Source: Alphaproteobacteria bacterium
GTDB taxonomy: Bacteria; Pseudomonadota; Alphaproteobacteria; UBA828
Direction of reading: 5' to 3'
Length of the DNA stretch: 64,000 nt
Assembly (NCBI GenBank): GCA_965237415.1
Contig: CBDEFM010000002.1
Location: 544,001 to 608,000, forward strand
This document shows positions 46,940 through 57,351 of the stretch, piece after piece. Each line of letters starts with the position of its first letter. The stretch's first letter is position 1. The translations under genes were made by a program, and so were the position numbers. The notes below the pieces were generated by a model, which did no database searches, was not told where the DNA came from, and worked only from the letters and a program-made list of their open reading frames with translations.

Positions 46940-48171
46940 GCGCGGGCTCCTTCTGCGGCTGGTGCCGCAGCACCATCGAGGCCGAACAGGGGACGGAGGC
47001 GCGCGCCAAGCGCTGCGCCGGGGAGGGCGGCAAGCAGCCAGAGCCAGCCGTGCACGCTGCCGGATGCGATGCCGCCAAAAAGAGCGCCGATATTGCAGCC
47101 GAAGGCCAATCTTGCACCGTAGCCGAGCAGGAGGCCTCCAACTATGGCGCTCGCCACCTGACCGGCGGTAAGCCGGCGCCGGGGCGCGAAGCGTCCGGCG
47201 AGCGCGGCACCCAGTAACGCGCCCAGGATGAGGCCGACGTTCATCACCGACACCGTGTCGTGCGTGACCCCGGCGGCGAGCTTCCGCGCCGGGCCCGGCC
47301 ATTGCCAGAAGGTCCAGTCGGCGATGCCGAAGCCGAGCGCATCGGCCAGCGAGGCGCCCCAGAGCGCGAAGCCCCAGGTGACGCTCCACGGATGACCGGC
47401 GATCAGCAGCGTCGCGAGGTTGAGGAGGGCGAGCGCCAGCGCTCCCCAGGCGAGAGGCCAGCCACCGTGCAGCAACCGCTCTCTCCAACCGCCGCCTGCG
47501 CCCCAGGCAAGCGGCTCGTGGGCACCGTGGCGCCGCCGCTCCAGTGCGAGCGCGCCCAGCACGAGCAAGCCGATGGCGGCAAGCTGCACCGCGAGGCCGG
47601 CCGGCCAGCCCAGCGTGTTTGGGATCGAAAGCGGGGCGATGCGCGGCTGATCGAGCCACCAGGGCAGGTGTGCCGTGCCGATCACTGAGCCCGCGATGAA
47701 GGCCGCGAGAGTGATGGCCATGCGGAGGCTGCCGGCCCCGGCGCCGCTGAGCGTGCCGGAGGCGCAGCCGCCGCCGAGCTGCATGCCGATGCCGAACAGG
47801 AACGCGCCGAGCGCAACCGACACGCCAACGGGGGCAAGCGCGCCGCTAAGCCCCTGGCCGAACGCGCTGCCACCGGCGAGTAGCGGCACAAACGCGACGC
47901 TTGCTGCAGCGATCATCAAGAGTTGTGCCCGGACGCCGGCACCGCGGCGATCCACGAGGAAGCGCCGGGTGGATGAGGCAAAGCCGAAGAGCGCGTGGTG
48001 GAGAGCCAATCCGGCGAGCCCGCCGACGACGAGCAAAGCTGCCAGCCGGCCGTCTACCGTGATCGCGAGCCCCACCACGCCCGACGCGATCAGCAGTCCG
48101 GCCGCCGCCGCGACCGCCACCTGCGGGCGCGCTGTCGGCATCGGTACGGCCGTTGGCATGGCAGTGCTCAT
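46936..48171 (-). CDS. YeeE/YedE family sulfur-compound transporter
   Basis: FGFASS, FGIGMQLGGGCASGTL, GYGARLAFGCNIG. Confidence 0.88.
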   Translation of the reverse strand: MSTAMPTAVPMPTARPQVAVAAAAGLLIASGVVGLAITVDGRLAALLVVGGLAGLALHHALFGFASSTRRFLVDRRGAGVRAQLLMIAAASVAFVPLLAGGSAFGQGLSGALAPVGVSVALGAFLFGIGMQLGGGCASGTLSGAGAGSLRMAITLAAFIAGSVIGTAHLPWWLDQPRIAPLSIPNTLGWPAGLAVQLAAIGLLVLGALALERRRHGAHEPLAWGAGGGWRERLLHGGWPLAWGALALALLNLATLLIAGHPWSVTWGFALWGASLADALGFGIADWTFWQWPGPARKLAAGVTHDTVSVMNVGLILGALLGAALAGRFAPRRRLTAGQVASAIVGGLLLGYGARLAFGCNIGALFGGIASGSVHGWLWLLAALPGAALGARLRPLFGLDGAAAPAAEGARA

Positions 48172-48230
48172 AGGAGGGACTATTGGGCGCTCATCGGGCG
48201 GGCGCCAATAACATTTACTTGAGGGTGCTA

Positions 48231-49097
48231 TTACCAAACGAATGTGGCGAGCGCGGCGCTGGGCCGGGCTCGCGCGGCCCAGCATGCCTCATCGAGTGCC
48301 TGCGCATTCGGCGCCACGCCGGGGGCGAGGTCGAGCGCATCGGCGAGCAGGCCGCCCGTAATCAGGAGCGAATTCAAGCCGGCGGCGTTTGCGCCGGCGA
48401 TATCGGTGCCAAGGCCGTCGCCGACCGCGAGCACGCGCGAGGGCTCAAGGCCCAGCTTGATCAGCGCGAGGTCATAGACGTCCGGGTGGGGCTTGCCGTA
48501 GTAGCGCACGCGGCCCCCGATCGCCTCGTAACGCGCGGCGAGCGCGCCGGCGCAGGGTTCCTGGACGCCGAGCCGGATCACCAACAGGTCCGGATTAACG
48601 CAGATCATGGGCAGGCCGTGCCCGGCTGCCGCCTGCAGGATCGGCTCATGGTTCTCGACGGTGTTCCGGCCATCGTCGAGTCCGATGCCGAGCAAAAAAT
48701 TCGCCTCCGCAATGTCGGCAGCGGCGTAGCCGAGCCCGTCGAGCACGTCGTCGGATCCGGGCGGCCCGAGCAGGTGGTAGCGTGTCCCGAGCCCATCGAA
48801 CGGAGGGCGAGCACGGTCGGCGAGCGCCTGTCGCGCCGCGTCGCCGGAGGCGACCACGGCGTCGTAAAGCGTCGCATCCACCCCCTTGCCATTGAGTACC
48901 GCTTCGACCTGGAAGGCGAGGCGCGGCGCGTTGGAGAGGAACACCACGCGCTTGCCGGCCTCGCGCAGCCGGCGCACGCACGCGATTGCCTCAGGGTACG
49001 CCGGGCCTCCCTGATGCATGACACCCCAGACATCGAGGATGTAGCCGTCATAGTCCGCCGCGAGTGCGGCCAAGCCGGGAACCATGGGAATCGTCAT
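48231..49097 (-). CDS. HAD-IIA family hydrolase (TIGR01459-like)
   Basis: LDVWGVMH, LSNAPR, CVNPDL, GKPHP, VGDGLGTDIAGA. Confidence 0.88.
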   Translation of the reverse strand: MTIPMVPGLAALAADYDGYILDVWGVMHQGGPAYPEAIACVRRLREAGKRVVFLSNAPRLAFQVEAVLNGKGVDATLYDAVVASGDAARQALADRARPPFDGLGTRYHLLGPPGSDDVLDGLGYAAADIAEANFLLGIGLDDGRNTVENHEPILQAAAGHGLPMICVNPDLLVIRLGVQEPCAGALAARYEAIGGRVRYYGKPHPDVYDLALIKLGLEPSRVLAVGDGLGTDIAGANAAGLNSLLITGGLLADALDLAPGVAPNAQALDEACWAARARPSAALATFVW

Positions 49098-49359
49098 GGG
49101 CGCCCTTGTCCCATCCGGTGTGTGGATTTGCAAAGCGCGTGGGCCAGACGGCGATGGTCGAGACGTTCTTCCCGATCCCGCGGAGCACCGCGAACCGGCG
49201 CTCATCGTTCATTGCCCGCTATTTCACACGCGGCGGGGCGGCGCCTGAGGAATACGGCAGGCGCATAGTTGGCCTGCGGTCGAGGCAGGTTTCCTTGGAC
49301 AGGGAACCTCTCTAGAGTGTCATGCGCGCGAGGCCAATGACAGGAATGGGAGGGTCGTT

Positions 49360-50664
49360 ATGAGAGTCCGTCACCTGTTGATCGGAGCGGCGGCGGCGGC
49401 GGTGGCCGTCTGGTCGCTTACCACGGCAGCGCCTGCTGCCGACCCCATCAAGGTTGGCTATATCGGCTCGTTCGATACCGATACCGGCAAGAGCACGATC
49501 CGGGGCACCGAGATCGCCGTCGAGGAGCTCAACGCCGCCGGCGGCGTACTTGGCGGGCGCATGATCGAGCTGGTCATGGCCGACACGCGCGAGGATGTGC
49601 AGGAGGGCATCCGGGCCTACGAATATCTCAATGAAGTCGAGAACGTGGACTTCATCATTTCGGGCTGCATCGACGACGTGTCGCTGGGCTGGCTCGAGCG
49701 TATGGCGGAATTCCGGACGCCGACCCTCGACACCTGGACCTCTTACGTCGGCATCATCGACAAGGTCGTCGAGGAATACGACAAGTACAAGATGTACTTC
49801 ATGAATGTGTCCAACGACTACGCACTGGCCATACTCTATGTCGACTTCGGCAAGGACGTGCTCTCCAAGCAGATGGGCTGGAATACGGTGTACGTGCTGC
49901 AGGAGGATACTGCGTTCGGCGGCGGCGTCTACGAGCTGATCGAGCAGGTTCTCGCGCCGGAGGCCGGCATCGAGATCGTCGGTCACACCGTCTACGACAC
50001 CAACACAGTCGACTTCGGCCCAATCTACAACAAGGCGGCGGCGGCGGAACCCGACTTCATCTACCTGATCGCCGCGGTGCGCAGCCAGGTGCCCGCCTCG
50101 CAGTACGTGAAGCTCGAAGTGCCGGTGCCGATGACCGGGATTAACGTCTCGGCCTTCGCCCTTGAGTTCTGGGACGACACCGGCGGCCTTGGCGGCGGCA
50201 TCTCGACGCTGAGCCCGGTGCCTTCGATCGGCTCCGACATCGACCCTCGCACGGCGGAATTCCTCGAACGCTATACCGCCAAGTACGGCGATTCGCGGCC
50301 GGTCTTCCCGCACTTCAACGGCTTCAACGCCTACTACGGGATGCTCAATGCCTTCGCCGCGGCCGAGCGCGCCGGCGGTTTCGCACCGCTCGACGACTGG
50401 GTCCGGGAGATGGAGAACGAGGACATCGTCGTCGAGAAGGACGGCGAGATCTGGCTCCGCTACGCCTACTGGAAGCCGGGCGAAATCGAGCCCCGGACCC
50501 AGCGGGAGTACACCCACAACATCAAGTTCGACATCGATCCGCCCTATGACGAAGGGGCGCCGTCGATGGTGGTCATCCAGTGGTACTCGGATGGCACGAC
50601 CAAGGTGGTATACCCGCCGAAATACGCCAACGGCGAGTTCGAGGTGCCGGACTGGCTGAAATAG
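49360..50664 (+). CDS. Liv-type ABC substrate-binding protein
   Basis: Signal peptide, IKVGYIG, AVEELNAAGGVLGG, EDTAFG. Confidence 0.87.
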   Translation: MRVRHLLIGAAAAAVAVWSLTTAAPAADPIKVGYIGSFDTDTGKSTIRGTEIAVEELNAAGGVLGGRMIELVMADTREDVQEGIRAYEYLNEVENVDFIISGCIDDVSLGWLERMAEFRTPTLDTWTSYVGIIDKVVEEYDKYKMYFMNVSNDYALAILYVDFGKDVLSKQMGWNTVYVLQEDTAFGGGVYELIEQVLAPEAGIEIVGHTVYDTNTVDFGPIYNKAAAAEPDFIYLIAAVRSQVPASQYVKLEVPVPMTGINVSAFALEFWDDTGGLGGGISTLSPVPSIGSDIDPRTAEFLERYTAKYGDSRPVFPHFNGFNAYYGMLNAFAAAERAGGFAPLDDWVREMENEDIVVEKDGEIWLRYAYWKPGEIEPRTQREYTHNIKFDIDPPYDEGAPSMVVIQWYSDGTTKVVYPPKYANGEFEVPDWLK

Positions 50665-50676
50665 GCAAGGTCTTTA

Positions 50677-50706
50677 TCGGGCGCGGTCCCTCGGGTCCGC
50701 GCCCGA
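50677..50706 (+). terminator. Hairpin after the Liv SBP gene
   Basis: TCGGGCGCGG / CCGCGCCCGA 10-bp stem. Confidence 0.45.
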
Positions 50707-50801
50707 CATCCCTTGTTCCAAGCCGGCTGGGCAGCCCGTGATCGCAGCGCTCCGGCCTTTGCACGAACGCTGATGCGACGGCGGGTAGGCGAGCCGGCCT
50801 G

Positions 50802-51656
50802 ATGGCGCTTCAGATCCTGATCCAGGGGTTTGTGCTCAGCGGCCTCTACGCACTGATCGCCGTCGGCTTCACCATGATCTTCAGCGTGGGCCGGGTGCTG
50901 AACTTGGCCTACGGCGTCTACATCATGCTCGGCGGCTATATCTACTACGCGGCCCTCCAGGAGGCGGGACTGCCCGTCTTCGCGAGCTTCATCCTGGCGA
51001 TGCTCGCGGGCGTGATCTTCGGCCTGCTCACCTACCTGATCCTCGTGCGCCGGCTGGAGAACAACCCGATCGCGGTCGAAATATCGACGCTGATCCTCGC
51101 CGTCGTCATGCAGGCATTGATCGTGGTGATCTTCGGCGCCTCGCCCAAGACCATGTGGCCGGTGATCCGCGGCGTTCTCCGCTTCGAGGGCATCTCGGTC
51201 ACCATGAATATCCTGCTCGCCACGGGCGTGAGCTGGGTGGTGCTCGCCGGCCTCATGCTCTTCATTCGACGAACCCACATCGGTCGCGCCATCCGCGCGG
51301 TTTCCATGGACCGTAAGGGCGCGGTGATCTCGGGCATCGAACCCAGCGTCATCAGCCTGGTGACCTGGGCGCTGTCCGGCGCCTTCGGCGCGATCGCCGG
51401 AGTCTTCTTCGCCACCTTCACCCAGCTCGACTCGAACATGTGGGTGTTCCCCCTCATCATCTCGGTCGCCGTGGTGATCGTCGGCGGCATCGGCAGCATC
51501 GTCGGCAGCCTGATCGCGGCCCATATCATCGGCTTCGTGGAGACCATCACGACCACGATCATCGCGGCCGAGTTGCGCGGCGTCTCCACCATGCTGCTCA
51601 TCATCCTGGTGCTGGTGGTGCGGCCCAAGGGCCTCTTCGGCAAGGCGGAGCTCTGA
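50802..51656 (+). CDS. Branched-chain amino acid ABC permease (LivH-like)
   Basis: YALIAVGFTMIF, GRAIRAVS, VGGIGS, RPKGLFG. Confidence 0.9.
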   Translation: MALQILIQGFVLSGLYALIAVGFTMIFSVGRVLNLAYGVYIMLGGYIYYAALQEAGLPVFASFILAMLAGVIFGLLTYLILVRRLENNPIAVEISTLILAVVMQALIVVIFGASPKTMWPVIRGVLRFEGISVTMNILLATGVSWVVLAGLMLFIRRTHIGRAIRAVSMDRKGAVISGIEPSVISLVTWALSGAFGAIAGVFFATFTQLDSNMWVFPLIISVAVVIVGGIGSIVGSLIAAHIIGFVETITTTIIAAELRGVSTMLLIILVLVVRPKGLFGKAEL

Positions 51657-51659
51657 GCC

Positions 51660-52613
51660 GTGAGCATCGACCGCGAGACCCTGCGTTATCTCGGCTGGTG
51701 GCTCGCCTTCGGCGTGCTCATGTGCCTGCTGCCGCTGGTGGTCGGCACCGGCACGCTGCGCATCCTGATCTTCGCCCATTTCCTGGCGATGTTCGCCATG
51801 AGCTGGGACTTCCTCTCAGGGAGGACCGGCTACATCAGCTTCGGCCACCCCTTCCTGATCGGCATCGCCGGCTACACCACGGCGATCCTGAGCTTCCGCT
51901 ACGGGGTGCCCCTCTATTTCAGCATTCCGGCGGCGGTGGCCGCGACCATGGTGGGCGGCACGCTGTTCTTCCTGCCGGCGCTGCGCACGCGGGGCACCTA
52001 TTTCGCGCTGGTGACGCTGGCCTTCATGGAAATCCTCTACGAGATGACCAAAGTGGTAGCGCCCAAGGTCACGGGCGGCACGCGGGGCATCTCGGGCCTC
52101 GAGAGCATCGTCACCGGCGCCGTGAACAACTACTACCTCAGCTTCGGCATCATGTTCGCGGTCGGGGTCGTCCTCTGGCTCCTCATCCGCACGCGCCTCG
52201 GCATCGCGCTGAGCGCCATCAGGATGAACGAGGAGGCGGTCCGCAGTACCGGGCATAGCACCACCAAGCTCAAGCTCTTCGCCTTCACCGTGAGCGCGGC
52301 GGTCGCCGGCATCGGCGGCGCCTTCTACGTCCACTATCTCGGCTCGATCGCGCCGCGCGGCATATTCGAGATCAACTTCCTCTTCACCATCCTGGTGGCT
52401 GCGCTTCTCGGCGGGGCGGAGACCATCATCGGCCCGATCATGGGCGCCTACTTCCTCACCGTCCTGCTGGAATTCCTGCGGCCGGTGATGCCCGGCATGG
52501 AGCGCTATCTCCTCTACGGCGCGATCGCGCTGGTGCTCTACGTTGTCCGGCCCGAGGGCATCTACAGCCTGATCGTCGACGCCGGCCGCAAGGTGCAGGA
52601 GTGGCGGCGATGA
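51660..52613 (+). CDS. Branched-chain amino acid ABC permease (LivM-like)
   Basis: [31 protein letters not shown]…GPI.G. Confidence 0.9.
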   Translation: MSIDRETLRYLGWWLAFGVLMCLLPLVVGTGTLRILIFAHFLAMFAMSWDFLSGRTGYISFGHPFLIGIAGYTTAILSFRYGVPLYFSIPAAVAATMVGGTLFFLPALRTRGTYFALVTLAFMEILYEMTKVVAPKVTGGTRGISGLESIVTGAVNNYYLSFGIMFAVGVVLWLLIRTRLGIALSAIRMNEEAVRSTGHSTTKLKLFAFTVSAAVAGIGGAFYVHYLGSIAPRGIFEINFLFTILVAALLGGAETIIGPIMGAYFLTVLLEFLRPVMPGMERYLLYGAIALVLYVVRPEGIYSLIVDAGRKVQEWRR

Positions 52614-53347
52614 CGGCGGGCCCGCTGCTGGAGGTGCGCGACCTTCACATGACCTTCGGCGGAATTCGCGCCGTGCAGGGGATCTCCTTCCAGGTGGGGG
52701 AGGGCGAGACCCTCGGCCTGATCGGCCCCAACGGCGCAGGCAAGACCACCGTCTTCAACGTGATCATGGCGGAGCTCAAACCCACCAGCGGCGAGATCTG
52801 GTTCGAGGGCCAGAACATCACGCGCGTGCCCACCCACAAGCGGGTCAAGCGCGGCATCGCGCGCACCTATCAGGTGCCCCAGCCCTTCGGCGAGATGTCG
52901 GTCGGCGCCAATATCCGCGTCGGCATGGCGCCCGACGATATCTGGAAGCTCATCGCCGAGGGGGCAGACCCCGTAGCCGAGGCGGAGATAGGCCGCAGCG
53001 TCGGTTTCTCCGACGAGCAGATCGACGCGTTGCCGAGCGAGCTCGCCATGGGCGACTTGCGCCGGCTTGAGATGGCGCGGAACGTCGCCGTCTCTCCCAA
53101 GCTCCTGCTCCTCGACGAGGTCTTCGCCGGCCTCACGCTCAGGGAGATCGCTCAGATCTCCGAACTGCTGGTCGAGAAGAAGCGTAAAGACGGGCTCACG
53201 TACATCATCGTGAGCCACGACCTGCGCGCGCTCGCACCGCTGGTGGACCGGGTCATCGTGATGTCCTTCGGTGCCGCCATCGCCGAGGGCACCTTCGACG
53301 AAGTGGTGCGCGATGCGGCCGTCCGCGATGCCTACCTCGGGCAATAG
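52610..53347 (+). CDS. ABC ATP-binding protein (LivG-like)
   Basis: [26 protein letters not shown]. Confidence 0.9.
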   Translation: MTAGPLLEVRDLHMTFGGIRAVQGISFQVGEGETLGLIGPNGAGKTTVFNVIMAELKPTSGEIWFEGQNITRVPTHKRVKRGIARTYQVPQPFGEMSVGANIRVGMAPDDIWKLIAEGADPVAEAEIGRSVGFSDEQIDALPSELAMGDLRRLEMARNVAVSPKLLLLDEVFAGLTLREIAQISELLVEKKRKDGLTYIIVSHDLRALAPLVDRVIVMSFGAAIAEGTFDEVVRDAAVRDAYLGQ

Positions 53348-53368
53348 GCGAGGGCAGGGGAGACGGCC

Positions 53369-54073
53369 ATGGCGATCCTGAGCATCAGCGACCTCGATGT
53401 CTTCTACGGCCGTGCACAGGCGCTCCACGGCATCTCGCTCGACGTGGACGTGGGCCGGATCGTGGCCGTCATCGGCCCCAACGGTGCCGGCAAGTCAACG
53501 CTCCTCGACTCAATCATCGGCCTCACCCGGCGGCGCGGACAAATCCAATTCGAAGGCCGCGACATCGGCCGCATGGCACCTGCGCGGATCGTCCGGCTCG
53601 GCATCGGCTATGCACCCGAACGCGGCAACCTCTTCCCCTTCATGGGCGTGAAGGAGAACCTGCTTGTTGGCGCCTACTGCAAGCGCGACGCGATCGAGGA
53701 GAACCTGAGGACCGTCTTCGACCTCTTCCCGCGCCTGGAAGAGCGGCAGAACCAGGAGACCGCGACCCAGTCGGGGGGTGAGCGCCAGATGGCCTCGCTC
53801 GGCCGGGCGCTGATGTCGAGCCCCAAGCTCCTGATGGTGGACGAGCCGACTCTGGGTCTCGCGCCGCGTGTGTGCCTGGAGATCGCCGCCGTGCTCAGGG
53901 ACCTCAACGAGCGCCTCGGGCTTACCATCGTGATCACCGAGCAGAACGCGAACTTCGCCATAAGCCTCGCGCAGGAGGTCTATCTCCTGGAGACCGGCCG
54001 CATCGGCGAAAAGAGGACGCCGGAGGAGCTTCGCGAGTCGGCCGACATAGCGAGCGCTTATTTCGGCGACTGA
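53369..54073 (+). CDS. ABC ATP-binding protein (LivF-like)
   Basis: [35 protein letters not shown]. Confidence 0.9.
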   Translation: MAILSISDLDVFYGRAQALHGISLDVDVGRIVAVIGPNGAGKSTLLDSIIGLTRRRGQIQFEGRDIGRMAPARIVRLGIGYAPERGNLFPFMGVKENLLVGAYCKRDAIEENLRTVFDLFPRLEERQNQETATQSGGERQMASLGRALMSSPKLLMVDEPTLGLAPRVCLEIAAVLRDLNERLGLTIVITEQNANFAISLAQEVYLLETGRIGEKRTPEELRESADIASAYFGD

Positions 54074-54079
54074 GTTCGC

Positions 54080-55915
54080 CTAACGACGGCCGAACAGGCG
54101 CTCGATATCGGCGAGCTTCAGTTCGACGTAGGTCGGCCGGCCGTGATTGCATTGGCCGGCATGGGGCGTCTCCTCCATTTGGCGGAGCAATGCGTTCATC
54201 TCGTCGGCGTTGAGCCTGCGGCCGGCCCGGACGCTGCCATGGCAGGCGAGGGTGCTGCACACGTCCGCAAGCCGCTGGCGCAGCGTCGAGGAATCGTCCC
54301 ATTCGGCCAGCTCGTCGGCGAGGTCGCGCACCAGGCCCTGCGTGTCGCCGTTGCCGATGAGCGCCGGCACCTCGCGCACCACCACGGCGCCCGCGCCGAA
54401 GCGCTCCAGCACCAGGCCGAGATCGGCCAGCTCACCGGCCCGTGACTCCAGCCTGCCGACCGCCGCCTCGTCCAGCTCGACTACTTCCGGGATCAGCAGC
54501 ATCTGGCGCTGGATGCCGGACTCGGCGAGCGCCGCCTTCATCCGCTCGTAGACGATGCGCTCGTGGGCGGCATGCTGATCGACGATGACGATGCCGTCTT
54601 CGGTCTGAGCCACGACGTAGGTGCCGTGTACCTGCCCGCGGGCGACTCCCAAGGGATAGGTCGCAGGCGGTCGTTCCTCGGTCTCCACCGCCGGTGCCCA
54701 AGCCGCGGCATCCGGTGGCGAACTCTCGATCTGGGCCGAGGGCGAATCCAGCGGCGCCTGAAAGCGGGCGTGGGCTTCGGCCAGCAGCGGCGCCCGGGAT
54801 GGCGGCGGGGTGCCGTAGCCCCGATCGGCAGCGCCACCGCGACCGCCGCCGCCCGCTCCTGAGTGCGGTCTGAGCGCGGCAAGGGCGTCGTCGGCAACCG
54901 TCGTCGCCGCGTGATGCCCGGCGGCGGCGAGCGCGCGCTTGAGTGCGCTGACGATGAGGCCGCGCACCAGGGCCGCATTGCGAAAGCGCACCTCGGCCTT
55001 CGTCGGGTGAACGTTCACGTCCACCATGTCGGGCGCGAGGTCGACGAAGAGTGCCGCCATGGGATGGCGGCCGCGATGGAGGAAGTCGGCGTAGGCCGCG
55101 CGCACGGCGCCGTGCAGCAGGCGGTCGCGTACCGGCCGGCCGTTGACGAAGAGGTATTGATGCTGCGCGCTCGCGCGGTTGAGGGTGGGGAGCGCCGCAT
55201 AACCGGTGAGCCGCAGGCCCTCGCGCTCAGCGTCGATAGGGAGCGCGTTGTTCGCGAAGTCGCGGCCCATGACCAGCGCGAGCCGGGCGAGCCGTCCAAC
55301 CGGTGCGTCCTCGTGCGGTCCGTCGCGCAGCACGGTTCGGCCGTCGTCGACCAGGGTGAAGCCGATGGCCGGATGGCACATGGCAAGGCGGTTGACGGTG
55401 TCCGCGGCATGGCCCGATTCGGTTCGTGGCGCCTTGAGGAACTTGAGCCGTGCCGGCGTGGCATAGAAGAGGTCCGCCACAGCGACGGTGGTCCCCTGCG
55501 GGCGGGCGGCGGGAGTACACGCGGCGGGGGCGCCGCCAGCGGCTTCGATCGACCAAGCGTTGTCGGACCCGGCCCGGCGGCTGGTGAGAGTCAGCCGGCT
55601 GACGGCGGCAATGGAGGGAAGCGCCTCGCCGCGGAAGCCGAGGGTCTTGATCGACCAAAGATCGCCGTCCTCGGTGAGTTTGGAGGTGGCGTGGCGGGCC
55701 AGCGCAAGCGGCAGCTCGTCGCGGTCCATGCCGCGGCCGTCGTCGGCGACCCGAATGAGGCGGCGGCCGCTCTCCTCCAGCGTAATCTCGATGGAGCGCG
55801 CGCCTGCATCGATGGCGTTCTCGACCAGCTCCTTGACCACCGATGCCGGCCGCTCGATTACCTCTCCCGCCGCGATTCGATTGACCACGCCCTCCGGCAG
55901 GAGACGAATTCTCAT
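54080..55915 (-). CDS. mutL: DNA mismatch repair endonuclease
   Basis: [55 protein letters not shown]. Confidence 0.96.
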   Translation of the reverse strand: MRIRLLPEGVVNRIAAGEVIERPASVVKELVENAIDAGARSIEITLEESGRRLIRVADDGRGMDRDELPLALARHATSKLTEDGDLWSIKTLGFRGEALPSIAAVSRLTLTSRRAGSDNAWSIEAAGGAPAACTPAARPQGTTVAVADLFYATPARLKFLKAPRTESGHAADTVNRLAMCHPAIGFTLVDDGRTVLRDGPHEDAPVGRLARLALVMGRDFANNALPIDAEREGLRLTGYAALPTLNRASAQHQYLFVNGRPVRDRLLHGAVRAAYADFLHRGRHPMAALFVDLAPDMVDVNVHPTKAEVRFRNAALVRGLIVSALKRALAAAGHHAATTVADDALAALRPHSGAGGGGRGGAADRGYGTPPPSRAPLLAEAHARFQAPLDSPSAQIESSPPDAAAWAPAVETEERPPATYPLGVARGQVHGTYVVAQTEDGIVIVDQHAAHERIVYERMKAALAESGIQRQMLLIPEVVELDEAAVGRLESRAGELADLGLVLERFGAGAVVVREVPALIGNGDTQGLVRDLADELAEWDDSSTLRQRLADVCSTLACHGSVRAGRRLNADEMNALLRQMEETPHAGQCNHGRPTYVELKLADIERLFGRR

Positions 55916-56181
55916 GGCTCGACCTCCAGGTAGCGGCGCACCAGCCCCTTGCCCCGCTCCGCCGCCGGCTGATCGTAGGGGTCCACGCCCAGCAGATGCG
56001 CGGCCATCACGGTCTTTAGCATGAAGTGCATCATCAGCACACCGACGGCGCGGGCATAGGCTGCCGCGACGCTGAGCCGGCGCACCGGGCGGCGAGCATC
56101 TGTCAGCGTGGCGGCCGTGGCGCGCGCAATACCGCCGGGTCCGACAGCCTCGGCGAAGCAAGCGTCTGCGTCCTGCTTCAC
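55912..56181 (-). pseudogene. pgi: Glucose-6-phosphate isomerase remnant (in-frame internal deletion)
   Basis: The C-terminal ATAATL…RPVR…[11 protein letters not shown]…[19 protein letters not shown] matches the PGI C-terminus (DQPAVE.GK). A short N-terminal piece ([15 protein letters not shown]) is fused directly to it; ~89 aa in total. Confidence 0.72.
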
Positions 56182-56239
56182 GGCCGGTAGTGTATTGACG
56201 GATAGGGGGTCGGTCAGGGCGCGGCCTCGCCGCGTCAAC

Positions 56240-56845
56240 TCAGAAAACCCCCTCGAGAAGCGCCTTCTCCCGCCGTTTGATCGTCGGCGTCTCGCCCGCC
56301 GTTACGGGTTTGCCTGCCTCAGCGTTCTCACGCAGCCGCTCGGCCTCGGCCGCCGCGTCGACCACTTCGCCCGGCAGTTGCTCTTCCTGCCAGAACAGGA
56401 GCGAGTCGATGAAGCTCTCGTCCTCCGAGGCGTAGCCCGAAAACTCGCGATCCACGATATGGCGAATATTCGGGTCCACGTCGGCCGCACCGGCCCGCTC
56501 GACGAATGCAGCTTCGCCCTGTGTCGCTGCCGCCGTCGAGTCATCGATGGCAAGGGCGCCGGCCTCGTTGAACAGGGCGACCCTCGCCTGTTCACGGACC
56601 GATTCCTCATTGGGACGTGCCTCACCCGGCCGGGGCGGGCGCAACGTGAAGTCCGGCGGTAGCGTAAGCGGCGCGTTTCGCACGACCGCGAACTCGTCCG
56701 GCGCGCTCTTGCCGAGGCCGAGGGCATCGCCGATACCCCCCTCACATGCGGAAAGAGTCGCTGCCAGCGCCAGTGCGCCGAGGCCCAGCGCCAAGCCGCG
56801 ACCGACGCTTGGGCAGAAAACCGACCGATGTGCCCCCTGCTTCAT
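56240..56845 (-). CDS. DUF3035-like lipoprotein
   Basis: Lipobox LSAC, KSAPDEFAVVRNAPLTLPPDFTLRPPRPG; usual neighbour of lspA. Confidence 0.85.
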   Translation of the reverse strand: MKQGAHRSVFCPSVGRGLALGLGALALAATLSACEGGIGDALGLGKSAPDEFAVVRNAPLTLPPDFTLRPPRPGEARPNEESVREQARVALFNEAGALAIDDSTAAATQGEAAFVERAGAADVDPNIRHIVDREFSGYASEDESFIDSLLFWQEEQLPGEVVDAAAEAERLRENAEAGKPVTAGETPTIKRREKALLEGVF

Positions 56846-57321
56846 GATTCTTTTCTAGGCTCTTTACGCGGCTTCATCAAGAAGCTGTGCGCCAACAGCA
56901 TGACCACGCCCACGCTGATTGCCGCATCGGCGATGTTGAACGCGGGCCAATGGTAGCCGCCGCCATGGAAATCGAGGAAGTCGATGACCCAGCCGAAGCG
57001 CACGCGGTCGATCACGTTACCGATCGCTCCGCCGATGACGAGACCAAGGGCGCATGCCGGCCAGCGCAGCCGGGTCCGGCTCAACCAGACGCCAAGGCCG
57101 GCCGAAATCGCGAGCGCGAGGCCGACGATCAACCACATGCCGGCACCCTCGCTCTGAAACAGCCCGAAGCTGATGCCCTTGTTCTGGACCGGGACAAGAT
57201 TGAAGAACGAGGTCACCTCGATGCGTCGTAGCGGATCCCAGAGCGCATCGCGCACGGCCCACTTGCTGATCTGGTCCGCAGCGATGATGGCCGCCGCGAC
57301 GGGCAATCCGAGGCGGAGCAC
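56842..57321 (-). CDS. lspA: Lipoprotein signal peptidase
   Basis: DQISK, NKGISFG, GGAIGNVIDR, VIDF, FNIADAAI. Confidence 0.95.
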   Translation of the reverse strand: MLRLGLPVAAAIIAADQISKWAVRDALWDPLRRIEVTSFFNLVPVQNKGISFGLFQSEGAGMWLIVGLALAISAGLGVWLSRTRLRWPACALGLVIGGAIGNVIDRVRFGWVIDFLDFHGGGYHWPAFNIADAAISVGVVMLLAHSFLMKPRKEPRKES

Positions 57322-57351
57322 GGCCGCCGTTCCTGAGCCCAGCCTTCCGGG

